A DNA stretch of 64,000 nt from positions 21,080,001 to 21,144,000 of the forward strand of contig OX442314.1 in assembly GCA_949358305.1 (NCBI GenBank). Direction: 5' to 3'. A program made the translations under genes and the position numbers. Positions 12,801-26,300 of the stretch are shown piece after piece. The DNA is from Strigamia acuminata (lineage: Eukaryota). The first letter of the stretch is position 1, and the number at the start of each line of letters is the position of its first letter. The notes under the pieces are model-generated. The model ran no database searches. It was not told where the DNA came from and saw only the letters and a program-made list of their open reading frames with translations.

Positions 12801-15298
12801 AAATACCGTAAGAGAAGAATTCCAGTAAGCAAGATACATTACCTTTATTTCTTATAGCTGAGTTCACTTAGAAAAAAATTGAAATTCCAAGCCACAAGCA
12901 CAAAAGTGTGTTCGGATCACATATTTCTCACTTGTATGGTATTTTTCATTTCTGTTTTTCTTTACACAATCTTCCAAAATGCACACCACCTCCCAAAGCC
13001 AGTAGCACGTCTGACAAACACAGCTACCAAAGGGGAGATGAAGAAAAAAATGAAAAGAAGAAAAAAAAATAAGGAATGTGACACCAAGAAAAAGGATAGA
13101 GAGAAAGAAAAGAAAGAGGAGGGAGAAAAGAAAGGAAACTCATTTGACTTCCAGCCCCTGGAAATCACGGGTCATGATTGGAAAATTTTTTTATTTCTTA
13201 GGCTTTTGTGGCAATATTCCAAATGATTTTTTCTTTACCTTGCTTAATCTTCATTCAACTTGCAATCTGCATAATAGAATTCTATTCTGCAGTTTTTTTT
13301 TTTTTTTTTTTACATCAAAGAAGTGGATAGCCAGGAGTTGGGAAAATTACATAGACGACTCGCACTTGGTGGAAAGTAGAAGCGATTTTGGTGGGCAATA
13401 ATTTTTTGTTGTTGAGCAAGTAAAAGTCTCAATTTTGTTTCTTACAATACTGCCAATTCAAAGTAATCGACGGAACCAATTGATTCAGTTTAGTAATAAA
13501 ATAATAAAAGGGATAAAGAATAATAATAAAAAAAAATACAGAGTATTTGTAAAGAAAAAAAATGTTGTTGGAAAATAAAATGAGTTGGCGTTTATGTATA
13601 GCGACAAAAAACGTTAAAGGTGAGTTGCAATGTTATAAAAATGCTGTTATAATCGAAGTGCAATGTTGATTAAATCACGCCTGTAGTCTATTGACAAAGG
13701 AATACCCTTGCAGTGATTAAATGGCACCGTGTGGACTTGAAATTATTGATTCGGCAGCAGTTTCAGTGTATTGGAACCAAGATTAGGAAATTAAATTACT
13801 CGCAAGAATCTTGTAGGTGAAGTTTGATGGTTAGAATGTAGTTTTTTAAAAGCCATTTTTCTTTTTTAAGTGTCATATTAAAAAATAGATATATCTATTA
13901 AAGCGATGATTTACAGTGGTCGTGGTTGCTTTCCACAGATTGGAAAGATCCGAAGACAAATTGGACACTGTGGCGTTAATAGATCCTAAATTGGCCACAA
14001 GTCCAAACAAGCTGTATCAGGAAATTGAAGTTTTATGATTTAAAGTTAGTTTAAACGTCAATTCAAAAATCGATAAATCATTTAAATTCTGTCGCCAAAC
14101 TAAACAGCAAATGAATAAATATACGTCACTATGTATTGGTTGATAACTGCTCACATTGACAGCACGAAGATAATTAAATGAAGTCGCGGTTTTTGTAAAA
14201 CCATATTGACATTTATTAGCATTTCAACAACAACAATGTAAACTTATGATTGACAGTGTTAGTGAGCATACATAGTCCACTATAAATTGTTGGGTTAACG
14301 TAGATTTTCGTGTTAGATGAGAAATTCAGAGTTCTGACAGCAATAAATTGCTTCCAACTTGATATTTGGTCGAGCAGGTCAAAATAAACGACTTCCGGTC
14401 GAGTTTGTTGGATTTTCTTTGTCCCCTTTTTGCTGAGTTTGAACTTTGCCTTAAAGATTGATGGATGGAGCCCGCGCCTGCTCGTGCTCTAGCACGCTGT
14501 TCGTGATAGAGGTGTGGATGAGGAAAGTAATGGGTGGTAGGGGTGAGTTGGAAGAAGTTCCGGTAGATCAGGTGTGATATGATCAGCGCAAATATGCTTT
14601 TCTACCAGATGAGATCTGTCCTTGTCGTGATGGATTCAACTACATTTGGTGGACGTGGATTTGGAGGTGAATTGCTCTTTGATCGTACGTCAGTTCGTAA
14701 ATGGCGTGAGGATTAACCGTTGGACAATATGAGCTTCACACATAATCGTGATGGCTTCAATTGCATTTCCTGCCATTTCGATCTTGAGATTAGAAAATGC
14801 AATTAAAGTGTTTAGGCCCTTTTTGTGTCGGCGAATCGAACCAAGGACTTTTTATGGACAATTACTTATTGCGTTACGAGTCTACGGTATCTTTATGGAG
14901 AAGGGAATAAATGTTACTCTTGTTATTTATTAGTTTATTACTGTACATTTATTGTGTAAAGGTAAATAGAGGTTGCTGTGTGTATTATCACACCAACAAA
15001 GCCTGTGTGATTGAGTTATGGGATAGTTAAAAATCAAATTAACATATAGCGTGTAATATTATCCTCGAAGCTTGACTGTGTGGGATTATAGTTTGAAAGT
15101 TTGGGATGCGCAGTTTATACTAATTTTGAAAAATCAATATTTGCTGTCTTAATTCTGGTAATTATTATTGAAATTTGAATATTCCACGCTTAATTCGTGT
15201 AATGAAGACAATATATTTTTCACTTAATAGAATAACCTAATTTTGATTAACAAAACCAATTGTTTTTTACTAATTTTTAAAATATTTTAAAAACTACA

Positions 15299-15501
15299 CC
15301 GTAACGCTCCAAATAAACGCCCTCGGCGCCTACTTGAGTCCAGGCAGGGTTTTCCATTATTTTCTTCAAAAATTAGCTATATTTTGTTAAGATTATTGAT
15401 TATTTCCATAAATGAATGAGCAAATCACCGATTTCTTTACAAAAAAATCACTTTTATCCCCGGCACTTATTCGGACCCGGCTGCAATTTGAAGCGTTACG
15501 G
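15299..15501. mobile_element. Short Tc1/mariner (Tc2-like) MITE
   Basis: TIRs ccgtaacgctccaaat / atttgaagcgttacgg (15 of 16 match); TA on the right flank, CA on the left; internal ccggcacttattcgg-type motifs. Confidence 0.6.
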
Positions 15502-18500
15502 TATTTAGACTGTTTTTAAAACTATCTTTCAGTGGTAGTGGGCTTGTGCACGACTTGAATGCGCCTACTGTGTAGTTTACATCGAGTATTAAGCATTGTC
15601 ATTAATAACACTACCGTAATCACAGCCGGGAAGAGTGATTTAGAGAAAGTCATATAGTGAGTGTCAATTAACTGGCCTTGTTTGGTATAGTGAACCCGGA
15701 GTTGGAGCTGGTGACATTGTTGAGACGTTGCAACTTTTATGCGTTTAACTTAATTCCTAGTATAACACCGTGTGACAGCTGTGCAATTTCGCTTTCTGCA
15801 CTGTACTCTGCAGTAGGGTCATCAGTAGTTTAATTAGACTCTCGAATGAAGGGTTTTAACTTTATTCAGGTTCATCCTTAAAGACGTCAAGAGTCTTGAA
15901 ACCGAAGGAGAAGAAATGATTGCTCACTTTGGCTACGCATTGATACATGGGTCTCTTAGTTCCCTCCTAATTGTAGCCGTCAGGAAGCGTGGAAAAGCGA
16001 GTAAAAAACGCTGGATTTTGCGCATAAATTAAAGCGAGCTTGTCGTAATCCATATAATTGAATTGTAGAACATTCCATCAGCACTTGGGCCTATTGATCT
16101 GCAACAACAGAAACAGCTGTTTAATGTTCTCACAAGCAAGATGGAAAACAAACACAAGCGCCTAATAGTTTACATGTCCTTTAATGTTAAGCCTGTTTTA
16201 TAGGACCAACCACTAGAAATATTGTTGCCAGTTGGTTTGTGGTTTGATTTCAAAGCCCTTTTGAGATTAACCGATTTAATTGCTTGACCACTTTGAAGTT
16301 CGCTAGAGTGGACGCTAGTTGATTCAAGTGGGTGGTCCCTTGAGGCGGAAGCGCTTTCAATTCATCGTCTAATTGGCAAAAATAGTTTAGTGAATGGTGA
16401 GTTGGTGCTTTCACTCGATGTTTGAGTGGGTCATAATGTTAATGCAGTTATGGGATGGTGGGAGGGCGGGGGAGGGGTTTTAGGCCACTTGACAGTGAGT
16501 AAATTACATTTTCTATATAAATTAAAATGGCAGTGACAACGGGGCGATAAATTTCACTGCCAAGATTACAAGTTGGGCTGGAGGGATTAGAAACCACAAT
16601 ATGGCTGCTTGCATTAATATATGCATATTCCATTAATGGCACGGAGAAAGGAACTTGTCATGGCTAACTAGGTGTAATTAGGTGAGGGGGCGTTGATAGT
16701 GCAAGGATGTTTCACGTGATGGCACTGAAACTCGTTTCGCTTAATAAAGTTTAATGTTTTCTCTTGTTCGAGATGAGCAACTTGAGATATGTGTTTTTTG
16801 TTGTTGTTGTTGGTTCGTTCCTTCTTTTCCTTCGTTTCGTTCAAGCAGACTAGGTAATAGGTGCTGGATTTTGTGGCTTTCGAAAGCTATCCGATAAATA
16901 ATTTATTTCCTCTAAAAGGGGATGGGATACATTTTTTACAACCAAAGTTGTGCTACACACGAGATGGCGTTAGCTGAATTGCATTTTTTGACACGTGAAT
17001 GGATGTTAATAAACTTTCCATTAGTTTAAATGTATTTGTTCGGGCTAGTTTTATCAAATTTGCGTTGTAACTTCATTGTGTGTCTGGTCTCTCGTGTACT
17101 ATCATTTAGGGCGAAAGTTATGGTATGGATCTTGATATTTATTTTGGGCTAAAGTGTGGCAGTTTCTACATTTCTGAACCGTTTATTGTTGCAAGGGAGA
17201 AGGGAAAGAAAGGGAGACCGGTGTGGGCGCTGATGTCGTGTCAATGATCACCGCCATCTTGGCCAATCTCCTACGGATATATTCTTTTACTCGTATTAAT
17301 GGATGTAATATAAAGGGTTTTGTAGTAAGCAAAGAAATGTGCACATCTTTGAGATCATAAAACACGAGATGATGAAACATGGCGGATCTGTAATCTTTCT
17401 TTTATGAGTCGGTTGGTGCTTGATGCGTGGGGACAGTTTACACTCCATAAAGTCAACCATTAATTCTATATTGGTCAAGATGTAATGACCAGCGCCTATC
17501 TTACCACGGGTTGTAAGAGATCACTCGATTCGACTTAGTCTGGTTTTAAAGCAGGATTAAGTTGAAGATAAATAAGTTAAGTGAGCCAAACTGATTTTTA
17601 CGATGTTTAGATTTGTGTACAAGTGTTTATTTTATTTATTTATGCAAGGGCGATTTCAGGAATGGTCAACTGAAAGAAAATTGAGTGATTGAAGGTAGGG
17701 CGGGGGAAGGGAGATGAAGACGAACATTTTTGACGTGGATTCTTTTGTTTGTTCACCTGCACATTTTGAAAGATTTCCCACGTGTGAACAACATGTGGTG
17801 AATTGAATTCTACTTTTATAACAGTTATAATTAATAATGGATTTGTATTTTTAAAATGTTGGAATTAGAAATTTGATTAGTGATAGAGGAAAACACATGA
17901 TCCGGAGGGATTCGTAATTAAAATGCGAGTTTAATTTTACATGTTGGGGATGATACGTAATTTAATTCTTTAAAAAAATGATGGGAAAAAATAGAAAACC
18001 ATTTCAGCAAATTGAAGCTGTTTTGTCTGGGTGGATTTTTTAAGGAAAATTAATTACAAAAAATGTTTGGTTTTTTTTATTTTTTTATTTTTTTTTAAAT
18101 TGTCGTATTCATAAAATAATAATGGACAATTATCTTGTTTTGTTTGCCACTAATTAATACCGTTTAGTTGTAATTTCGTCAGAATTTTGTCATTGATGAA
18201 TTCACTGCTATGGAAATTTAATACGAATTCTTCTGCATGTGCACAGAAAAAGATACGTATACGTGCACTATTTAAAGCGTGTTTGGTGGCTTAAAATGAG
18301 AGAACTTTCTAGAATTTAGACATGATGGGGTTGAACCGGTTCATTATTCACTTTATGATAAAATGAAGAATGTTTGAGCGTTAATAGTCTGAATCTCTTT
18401 GCTCCAACATATAAATAAACAAAATAAACAAAATAAAAACAAAACAAGAGGAAAAAACCTACAAAGAGAATAAATAAGTTTATTTATAATAATAATAAGA

Positions 18501-19792
18501 CTTTAATAATTATAAATGGGTTTTTTAGACCCAAACTGAAAATACAATTCTCTTTTATAACCTTCAGTCGTCTTCACGTTGAGGTAAGGTAAAATGCTGC
18601 ACTTAATTTTTAAAACTTTAAAGGGATACTGCAGTGGTTTAGTGTGTGAAATAAACCGACTGCTTTAAGCAATTTTATCTACTTCTATTTAATCAAGCAA
18701 AAATGTATAAATTATAATATAAAAATTTTCTGAGTATGTTTTAGGTTCCGTCTTCGTTCCGTCTTAGTTTGCTTTAAAACTTAAGATTCGAAGGGCTCAT
18801 TTTTGGAATAATCAATTGCCTTATACGCAATTTAAATGACAGGATGAAGGTTTAATTAAAACGCAAAACTGACATTGGAAACGTGAAGTACGAAACAATT
18901 CATTCGGATGCCTCTATTATTGAATGAGTTTATTATCAAACCACGGAAATGAATGTTACACAGAAAATTTCTATTCCAAAATTCAGGAAATTATACGAGC
19001 ACTGGTTATCATAATTAATTGTAGTATTCTCAGTAAATTGAATTAAGATCAAGAAAGCGGTCTAAACCCGGAAGAGGTTTCCGTTGAATTGTTTTTTTTT
19101 TTTTTTAGATTTAATTAATATCTACTCGTAGTATCACGTAATATCACAATTTATGAAACTAATATAGAAAGACGGGGTTGGGGGAATGCAACACTTTAAA
19201 GATTTCTGAAGGTTAAACTTTTAAACACGTAACGGGCAATTAAGGTTTTCTGACTGAAAAGTTTCTTTATTTAGTTAAAATATATAAGAGGTTGCTGGAA
19301 TATTTTGCGAGGATCTCAGAGTGTGTAGAATCAATAGCGCAGGAAATTAGTGAGCACAGAATTATGGTGCCATTAAAGGGTGTCTTAAACGTGGAGGTCC
19401 TTGCTTCTGATGACTCTCTCTGTTCATTACACTGGCAGAGAGGATCTCTCGACTCGCATTGAGTCGAGACCAGGCCACTTATCTTTGGTAATTTACTTTT
19501 TGTACATTTGGCATTATCATACATGGGATATATATATATGAGAAAAAAAGAAAAGAATATATAAATGTGCAGTGTGCGGTATATCAAAAGGTTTTTGTGT
19601 TATTAATGATCGCAATGATTGCAAACGATTGGTTTTTCTCTTATTGGATGTAAGGATTGACCAATTCAAGTTGGGTGCTTAAGGAAGTGTCTGTTGACAA
19701 GGGAAAATGCCTATTGATGGGTGAAAGTATCTTGGCTCGCATTTTCTGCTTGCAAGGGAGTTTTCTCAGACACAAAAGGTCTATTGCCACGT

Positions 19793-19826
19793 TTAGGTTG
19801 GGCTTGGTTAGGTTAGGTTAGGTTAG
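19793..19826 (+). repeat. Short (TTAGG)n tract, arthropod telomere-type pentamer
   Basis: ttagg ttggg cttgg ttagg ttagg ttagg ttag. Confidence 0.7.
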
Positions 19827-22800
19827 AATGCCATGTTATTTTTCCCTTGGCATTGGCAGGAGACTTTGCCATTTAAAAAATTAGTTAAAGATGAACATTT
19901 TTAAAAACTGGATTGTTTTGCGAAACAAAACATTGTATTGATTTCCATTTCCATTTCATTCTTTATGTTGTTGTAAAATGTAAATCATAAACGAATTTAA
20001 TGTGAATGTGGTGCCATCTGACGTATGGTTTTTTGAAGTAAATTCATCAAACTAATGTCGTTTTGGTTGAATTCATAATTTATTACACAAAGAAAACAAT
20101 ATACAATATTTAACCATATTGTACTATTGTTGTTTCAATTATCAATTGAGTAAGCACTGACATTTTTGTTCCAACGTGGTGTGGGAATGTTTAAAAATGT
20201 TGTGTAGGAGGAGTTTCTAGAATGGCTATATGTCATTTCCATGTCTCGAAGTAACTGATTGCCATTTGGCAGACACTAAAACACAATTGTGGCATGTGTT
20301 TTATTTTTCTCTTCAAGTTTTACGACGGTATTGTTCAACCATCAACTAAAGTGTTCCACAAAGAAGTACAGATGTGCGCAGACAGATTTATGAATTCAAG
20401 CTATTGTTTTTTCTTTTGTTTTTTTGCCAAGTTTTTTTTATTTTTATTTTATTTTATTTTTTTATTTTTTAAATAAAGTTATCGATATGTAATATTTAAA
20501 ATTTAAGAATACTAGATGAGTGGAATAAAAATTTCATTCGACTTTTTGTTCTAATTAAAAATTAAATATTTAAAAAGTTAAAATTTAATCCAATTTTTTA
20601 AAAAATGAAATCTAATAGAAACGACTGCGATTAAATTGGTAAAAACAAGAGAGCAATGTGGTATTGAAATCTGTTTTGCACTTTCCACTTCAAATAGCAA
20701 TTTTGCCTTTTAATTTAAGCTTTATCGTATCATTTATAACGTTTAGTCGACCATGGATTGTGGTCTTGACTCGACCAAACAACCAGAATGACCGCTCAAG
20801 TTTCCAAGCGGGATAAAACAAACCCAAACCAATCTTGGTTTTTCAAATGACGAAATACAAAACTTTTGTGAAATGTATGAATAGAAACTTTGAATTTCAA
20901 ATGCGTATCACTTTGATGTTTTAATAAAAAATGCTTAAATGACAAATACAATACGCGATGTTAGTTTCATTCCAAATTAATCGTGCATATAGAGCATATT
21001 TCTAACGATGCAGTTTCAACTTTAAAAATATTAGCAGCATGTATAATAAACCCCTTTGATTCTTTTTGGAATCTTCCTACACCTTGAAGAAAAATACTCT
21101 AACTTGCAACTAAATGACATCATTGTGAAATAGTGTGAGCTTCAGGCATGGCCAAGTCGTGTAATCCCAGTTGAAATCTGTGCCAGGCTCAAATCTGCCT
21201 TTGAAGCCTCCTCCCCTTTAAACCACTTTCCCTCGCCCTCTACAGTAGAATACTAATATTGCTCTAGTTTTGGCGGGAAAGCATATTCCAACATTATAGA
21301 TTCTCGTAATGAACACAATCTCTGTAATGCATGCCCTGGGATTTGGATTAAACTTTACGTGGCAGGGGCTCCATAAAGAACAGCCGTTGAGGAGTAAGCG
21401 TGAGTGAGGTGGAGTTGAGTAAAATCTCGCGAGTGACTTTCCCCAGGGGCAGCTTCATGAAACGTCTGAGCCTATGTTTGCTTTATGTGATACGCTTTAG
21501 AAGTCACATTTGCTTACTCTAATGATGAAAGAAAGAAACAGTTGAATGTGGAACAATGGAGGGATTTTTCTTTTTTCTTTTTTTTCCTTTTCAGAGTTCT
21601 GCAAACTCTGTGGAGGAAGGAGAGCGACTGAGCGAGTTGGCGGAATGGAATAAATGCTTTTATGGGGTTAAAACTTGGCTTTTAATTTGAGAGATTTAGG
21701 ATGGGGTCAGTTTGTGGGATTGTTGTTTAATTAATGGTCGTATTGATTTTTGCTTCGGGATTAAAAATGCTAATTTTTGAAACGGGGAATTTGGATGTTA
21801 AACGTCGGCTTTTGAAGGGTTTTGAAGGGTAAAGGGACGATTGTTTGGTGTTTTTAGGAGGAGAAATGAGTGATATTAATTTTTAATGCGGCCGGAAATG
21901 AGAGATTTTTGTTGGGTTAAATTTAATTACAATATTGTTGACAGTTGTAACGCTGCAGCGCCATCTATTGTGAATTATTTTAAATATTTTTTTTTTTTTT
22001 TTTTTTTTTTTACTGTAATAAATAATTTTTTTTTTAAATGTGCATTGTGACATAAAATCAAAATGCAATGGCACGAATTCCAACTTGAAGTTTTTTTTTT
22101 TTTAAATTTTTTACGTGTACATTTTTAATGAGATTACTCATCTAGAGACGAATAACTATTACGTTTTAATTTTTAAAGCTCTTAGTGTGTTTACATTCGG
22201 AATTAAAGTCGTTTTCTAGTTTTCTGTAAACGTTCTGTCACACGGGTTTTGGAAAGAGTGAGGTAAAAAAAAAAAGAAAAAAAATCTTTTTTTACAAGTG
22301 TCTTCTTCCTTTAACGTGGTTTTTAAAGGGAAATTGAAAACAACATCTCCCACAATAAAAGGTGTTGTTGTTGTTGCAACATGGGTCAGGAAGAAGCGGA
22401 AGAAAAAGAAAAGGAAAAAAAAAAAACTTCATAAAAGCAATATGAAGTGGTGGTAGTGTGGGGAAGTTTCATTTCCACACACCCATTACGTGAGGGAGAG
22501 AGAAAAGAGCTAATATTTCAGACTGCACAAGCAACTAACACGTCTTATCGAGATTGCGTGGTTGACTCCTTGTCGTATTTTCATTTGGTAAGGCCATTTC
22601 TCCCCAGGTGTAACAACATCATCATTCACCCCTTTCGCTCTTTTAGACGATTTGGCTTGTGTATATTCAGTGCAATGCAGTTAGGCGCATAGCGAAGCCA
22701 GATTTCCTTCTTTCTTCCCCCATGTGGCTATTTAACGCGAAAACTCTGGCGAATGCTCATTAAGGACATGGAAGAGTGCGCAAATTTAAGGATGGATTCA

Positions 22801-23247
22801 ACTGTGCATTAAAGGCCGAGTTGGGTATTTAAGCGAGATATGTAAATTTCGGCTTATTAATTTATAGCTTGTGCGATGTTTCAAACGGAAAATGGTTGTC
22901 TATTAAAAAATATCTACATGGCTGCCTGCTTTAATGATATTTTCAACAAAAAAATGTGTTTGTTCGTTGGGTGTCTGTGGAGATAACGAAATGAATTTTT
23001 CTTTTATTTTAAAAAAATAACGAGATTAGCATAGGTAAATATTAAAAAAACAAACGACCTTTAGTAAAACGAAAGTTTGGATGAAAACGAGTTTTCTCGT
23101 GTCGTTTTGTCATGTTTTCTGCACACAAAAAAATTCTTTTGTTGTTCACATTTGTTTTGCAATGTTTTTATAGCCATGTTGTGTTTTCTTGGGTGCAATA
23201 AAGAAAATTGGTCTAATCTACTTTTTCATCACTTTTTTTTATCACAG

Positions 23248-23384
23248 GAGCAGAGTCATAAGTCATATAGACCCGTGTGTGTTTTGACTTTCCGGCTCAA
23301 TTACCTGATCCATGAACTGGAGCCAATGGGTTATCACTTGGTCAATATTGTGCTTCACGGAGTCGTCTCTGTTATGTACTTCCG
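23248..23384 (+). CDS. TMTC3: TMTC3 exon ([19 protein letters not shown]...VMYFR)
   Basis: cag acceptor at 23245-23247, gtatgt donor at 23385; 137 nt, ends phase 2. Confidence 0.93.
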
Positions 23385-26300
23385 GTATGTGAAAAGTTTA
23401 TATACACTTTCTCTCGTAACTACTTTTTTTCTTTTTTTTTTTTTTTTGCTTTTCTGTTTTTAATTAAGGATTAGGATTAGTAAAACGTAGAAAATAAAGT
23501 TTTGGAAGTCTAATTGGATTTTAAAAAGTTTAATTAGCAATTTATAAAGAGCGCCACATTTAACCATAACACTTGCTAATACGATTTCGAGAGGATTATT
23601 GAGTTTATTTACATAAAGCTCTTTTATTGATTCCAAGAAGGATCATTTAAAAACGAGCAATTGATGCATATACGCTTACAATCAACAATTAATTATAGTT
23701 TAGAGTTTCGAACTGATGGTCACGTTGCGTCTAATTAAAGTTGTTGAAAAATGCCACGTTTCTATCGTCTAACCATCAACAACAAGTTTTGTGGCTTTTC
23801 TACCATTTGGGTATAAAGTTGGGATCAACAACTTTTCGATGGTCGCCATTCGGTTTCCTGCTGTGTCCTTACCATTCCCATTCTTTTTCATTAAGGGTGT
23901 TTGTTTGCGTTGGACGTTCGGCGTTGGGCTTACCACTGTTCATAAATTTATATTTGCAACAAAACACTTTTTTCCTAGGCTGATGCGAGGCCATTTAAGG
24001 GGCAATAAGTTGAGAGCAGAAATGTGCCATTAAAACCCAATCACCCTTTGACACCTGCGGTTTAGATTGCGGTGATTGTTGTTTGTGGGTAGATAAGGAG
24101 GGACAGGGGTAGTGTTGTGGCGAATTTAATCCTTGGATCTCATTGGCCGGTTTTCATTTGTTTATGTTTATCGACGAGACGTTTGGAGACTAATTTTTGA
24201 GTTTATTGTTGTAGGCGTTTGTTTGTTTTGTTCGTTTTTGTGGAAAATTGTGTTTCCAACTTTAATCTATTTCGTTTCTTTTTTCTCCGCCGAGTTGTGC
24301 GTCGTCAGCCCATTTCACTCTCTAAAAGGAAATACTTATTCTGACAGTGCCGAGAGATTGCGTGCTTGATTGGTTATTCACAGAAGATTTTGCGTGTCAA
24401 TGTTGGATGCCATTGTTTGGAAGTTTGGCAAATGTGTTTATGGATGCCAAAAGAAAACTTGGGAGTTCTTTTTATTTTTTTTTAAATGTTGATTTTGAAT
24501 TTTTTAGTTTTTTTTTTTTTTTTGGTATTGATTGACAATTTTTAATCTGAGCTCAAATCTGTCACAAACTTGCAGTAGGGAAATGTACGATCACTTTTCT
24601 ATTGATTGTTTTAGAAATATTTTTTGGTGTGCTTTTGTTATTGAGTGACAATAGTGGTTCAGAATTTAAATTTGAATGGCTTTAGTCGATCATGTAAGAA
24701 CATTGTTATTTAACAAAGCGGAACGGAATTGACACTCATCAATTCTTAATATGGATCCGGAATGGAATCTATGACAATCTATAACCACATGGTCTCTTGT
24801 TTGTTTGATAATGCACCTGCATTATCAAAACAACGCTTCATCGAGCCATACAAAGTGGTGAGACGTGATTTCTTTATTTTTTTTTTTGTATTATTCTGAT
24901 AACGTGTTTTTGTTCTGATAAACAGTTATGGTTGTACTGATACGTGTCTAAAAAATGGTGAATGTTTTTTGTGGTTGAGATCAATAAGATAACAGCCACG
25001 AGTTAGGTTTGTCATGTGATTTGGGTTAAATGGGCACAATGTTTTATTCTGTTTTGCATTTTGCCACATTGACGTTTGACCATCTGACAACGTGCCAGAA
25101 GATTGCGTCTTCACTGCATAACACTGCGTATCTTATTTCTTTTGTTTTATAAACAAATGTAACTGCATTAAGGTATTGCATTTGCCAATTGAATTAGAAT
25201 CAAATTTAATATTACTAATTTCCTCTAAATGTTTTTTTTTTTGTTTTTTGTTTGTAGGTTTTAGAGATAGGGTTTTTTTTGTTTTTTTTTTAAATGGGAT
25301 TTATATTTAATTATTTTTTAGAATCATTCACGTGCAAGTAAAAAGAGAGAAAAAAGTGTACTGGGAAATTAATTCAATTGAAAAGTGCACTCGCTAGGAC
25401 TAATGGGAATTGAAACATATGATCCATTTAATTTTTTTTTTTTTTTTTTTTTTGTTGGGTGGAACTGGTCGGTTTTGAGTTTAGAAAGTTTATTTTGTTT
25501 CAAGTTTAAACGAAATGGATCAAGCGCAATAAGCGTTTGAACCACTTGAGGATAGCAAATGAAGCTTAATGGAATTATAACTTTTTTTTATCTTCAATTT
25601 TTTGTTTATTAAAAAATGGAAGAAATAAAGATGCGCTGTTTTTATGGCTGTTCGCAATAAAAGAAGGGAAGACGAGCTCCTTTTTTCGGAATTATTTTAA
25701 GCTTATTCATAAATACTTATTTTAACAGAAAGTAAATTTAATTTGAAATTTATTTTTCAAGTGTGTGAAAAGTTTACTTATTTTTTTAAAGAAATGAATA
25801 GTTTAGTTTGTAGTTGAACACTTTGCCAATCTTTACCATTTATATTTGTTGATTTGGGTGTAGATTTCTGCGAAAATTGTTTAGTTGATTCTTTTTTATT
25901 TTTGTTATTGGATTGCATCCTACAGTAACACTGTACACAGATACTATTTGTTGTTGATTTTCCTCTTCCTTTTATTGGTTGTAAAGAACCCATGCGACAA
26001 AGAAGAAAACACTTTAATTATCCTTGTAATCGTGACCCCTTCGTAGAAAAACTAGACTTTGTAATTGAAAAACCAACATAAAACAGGCAATTCTCGTGGA
26101 CTCACACACGACCTTCATCACGAAGAAAGGAAATGTATTTTGTAAAATCCAGATTTGGATTTAATGTTTAGTAATGATTTCAATTTATGTTTAATTTTAG
26201 TGTTTTATTTCGAAAAGTGTTTTAAGTCTCTTTGTAATTGTTTTTATCGAATATCGAATTGTATTGGTAATGTTTTAACGACAATAGTGTTTTTTGATCG

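Noticed and set aside
2717..23076. Dozens of 60-150 aa ORFs in the upstream region (and similar ones in 32300-55400)
   Set aside because: Low-complexity Phe/Lys/Ile translations of poly-T/A intronic DNA, many with TTG/GTG starts; no homology recognised
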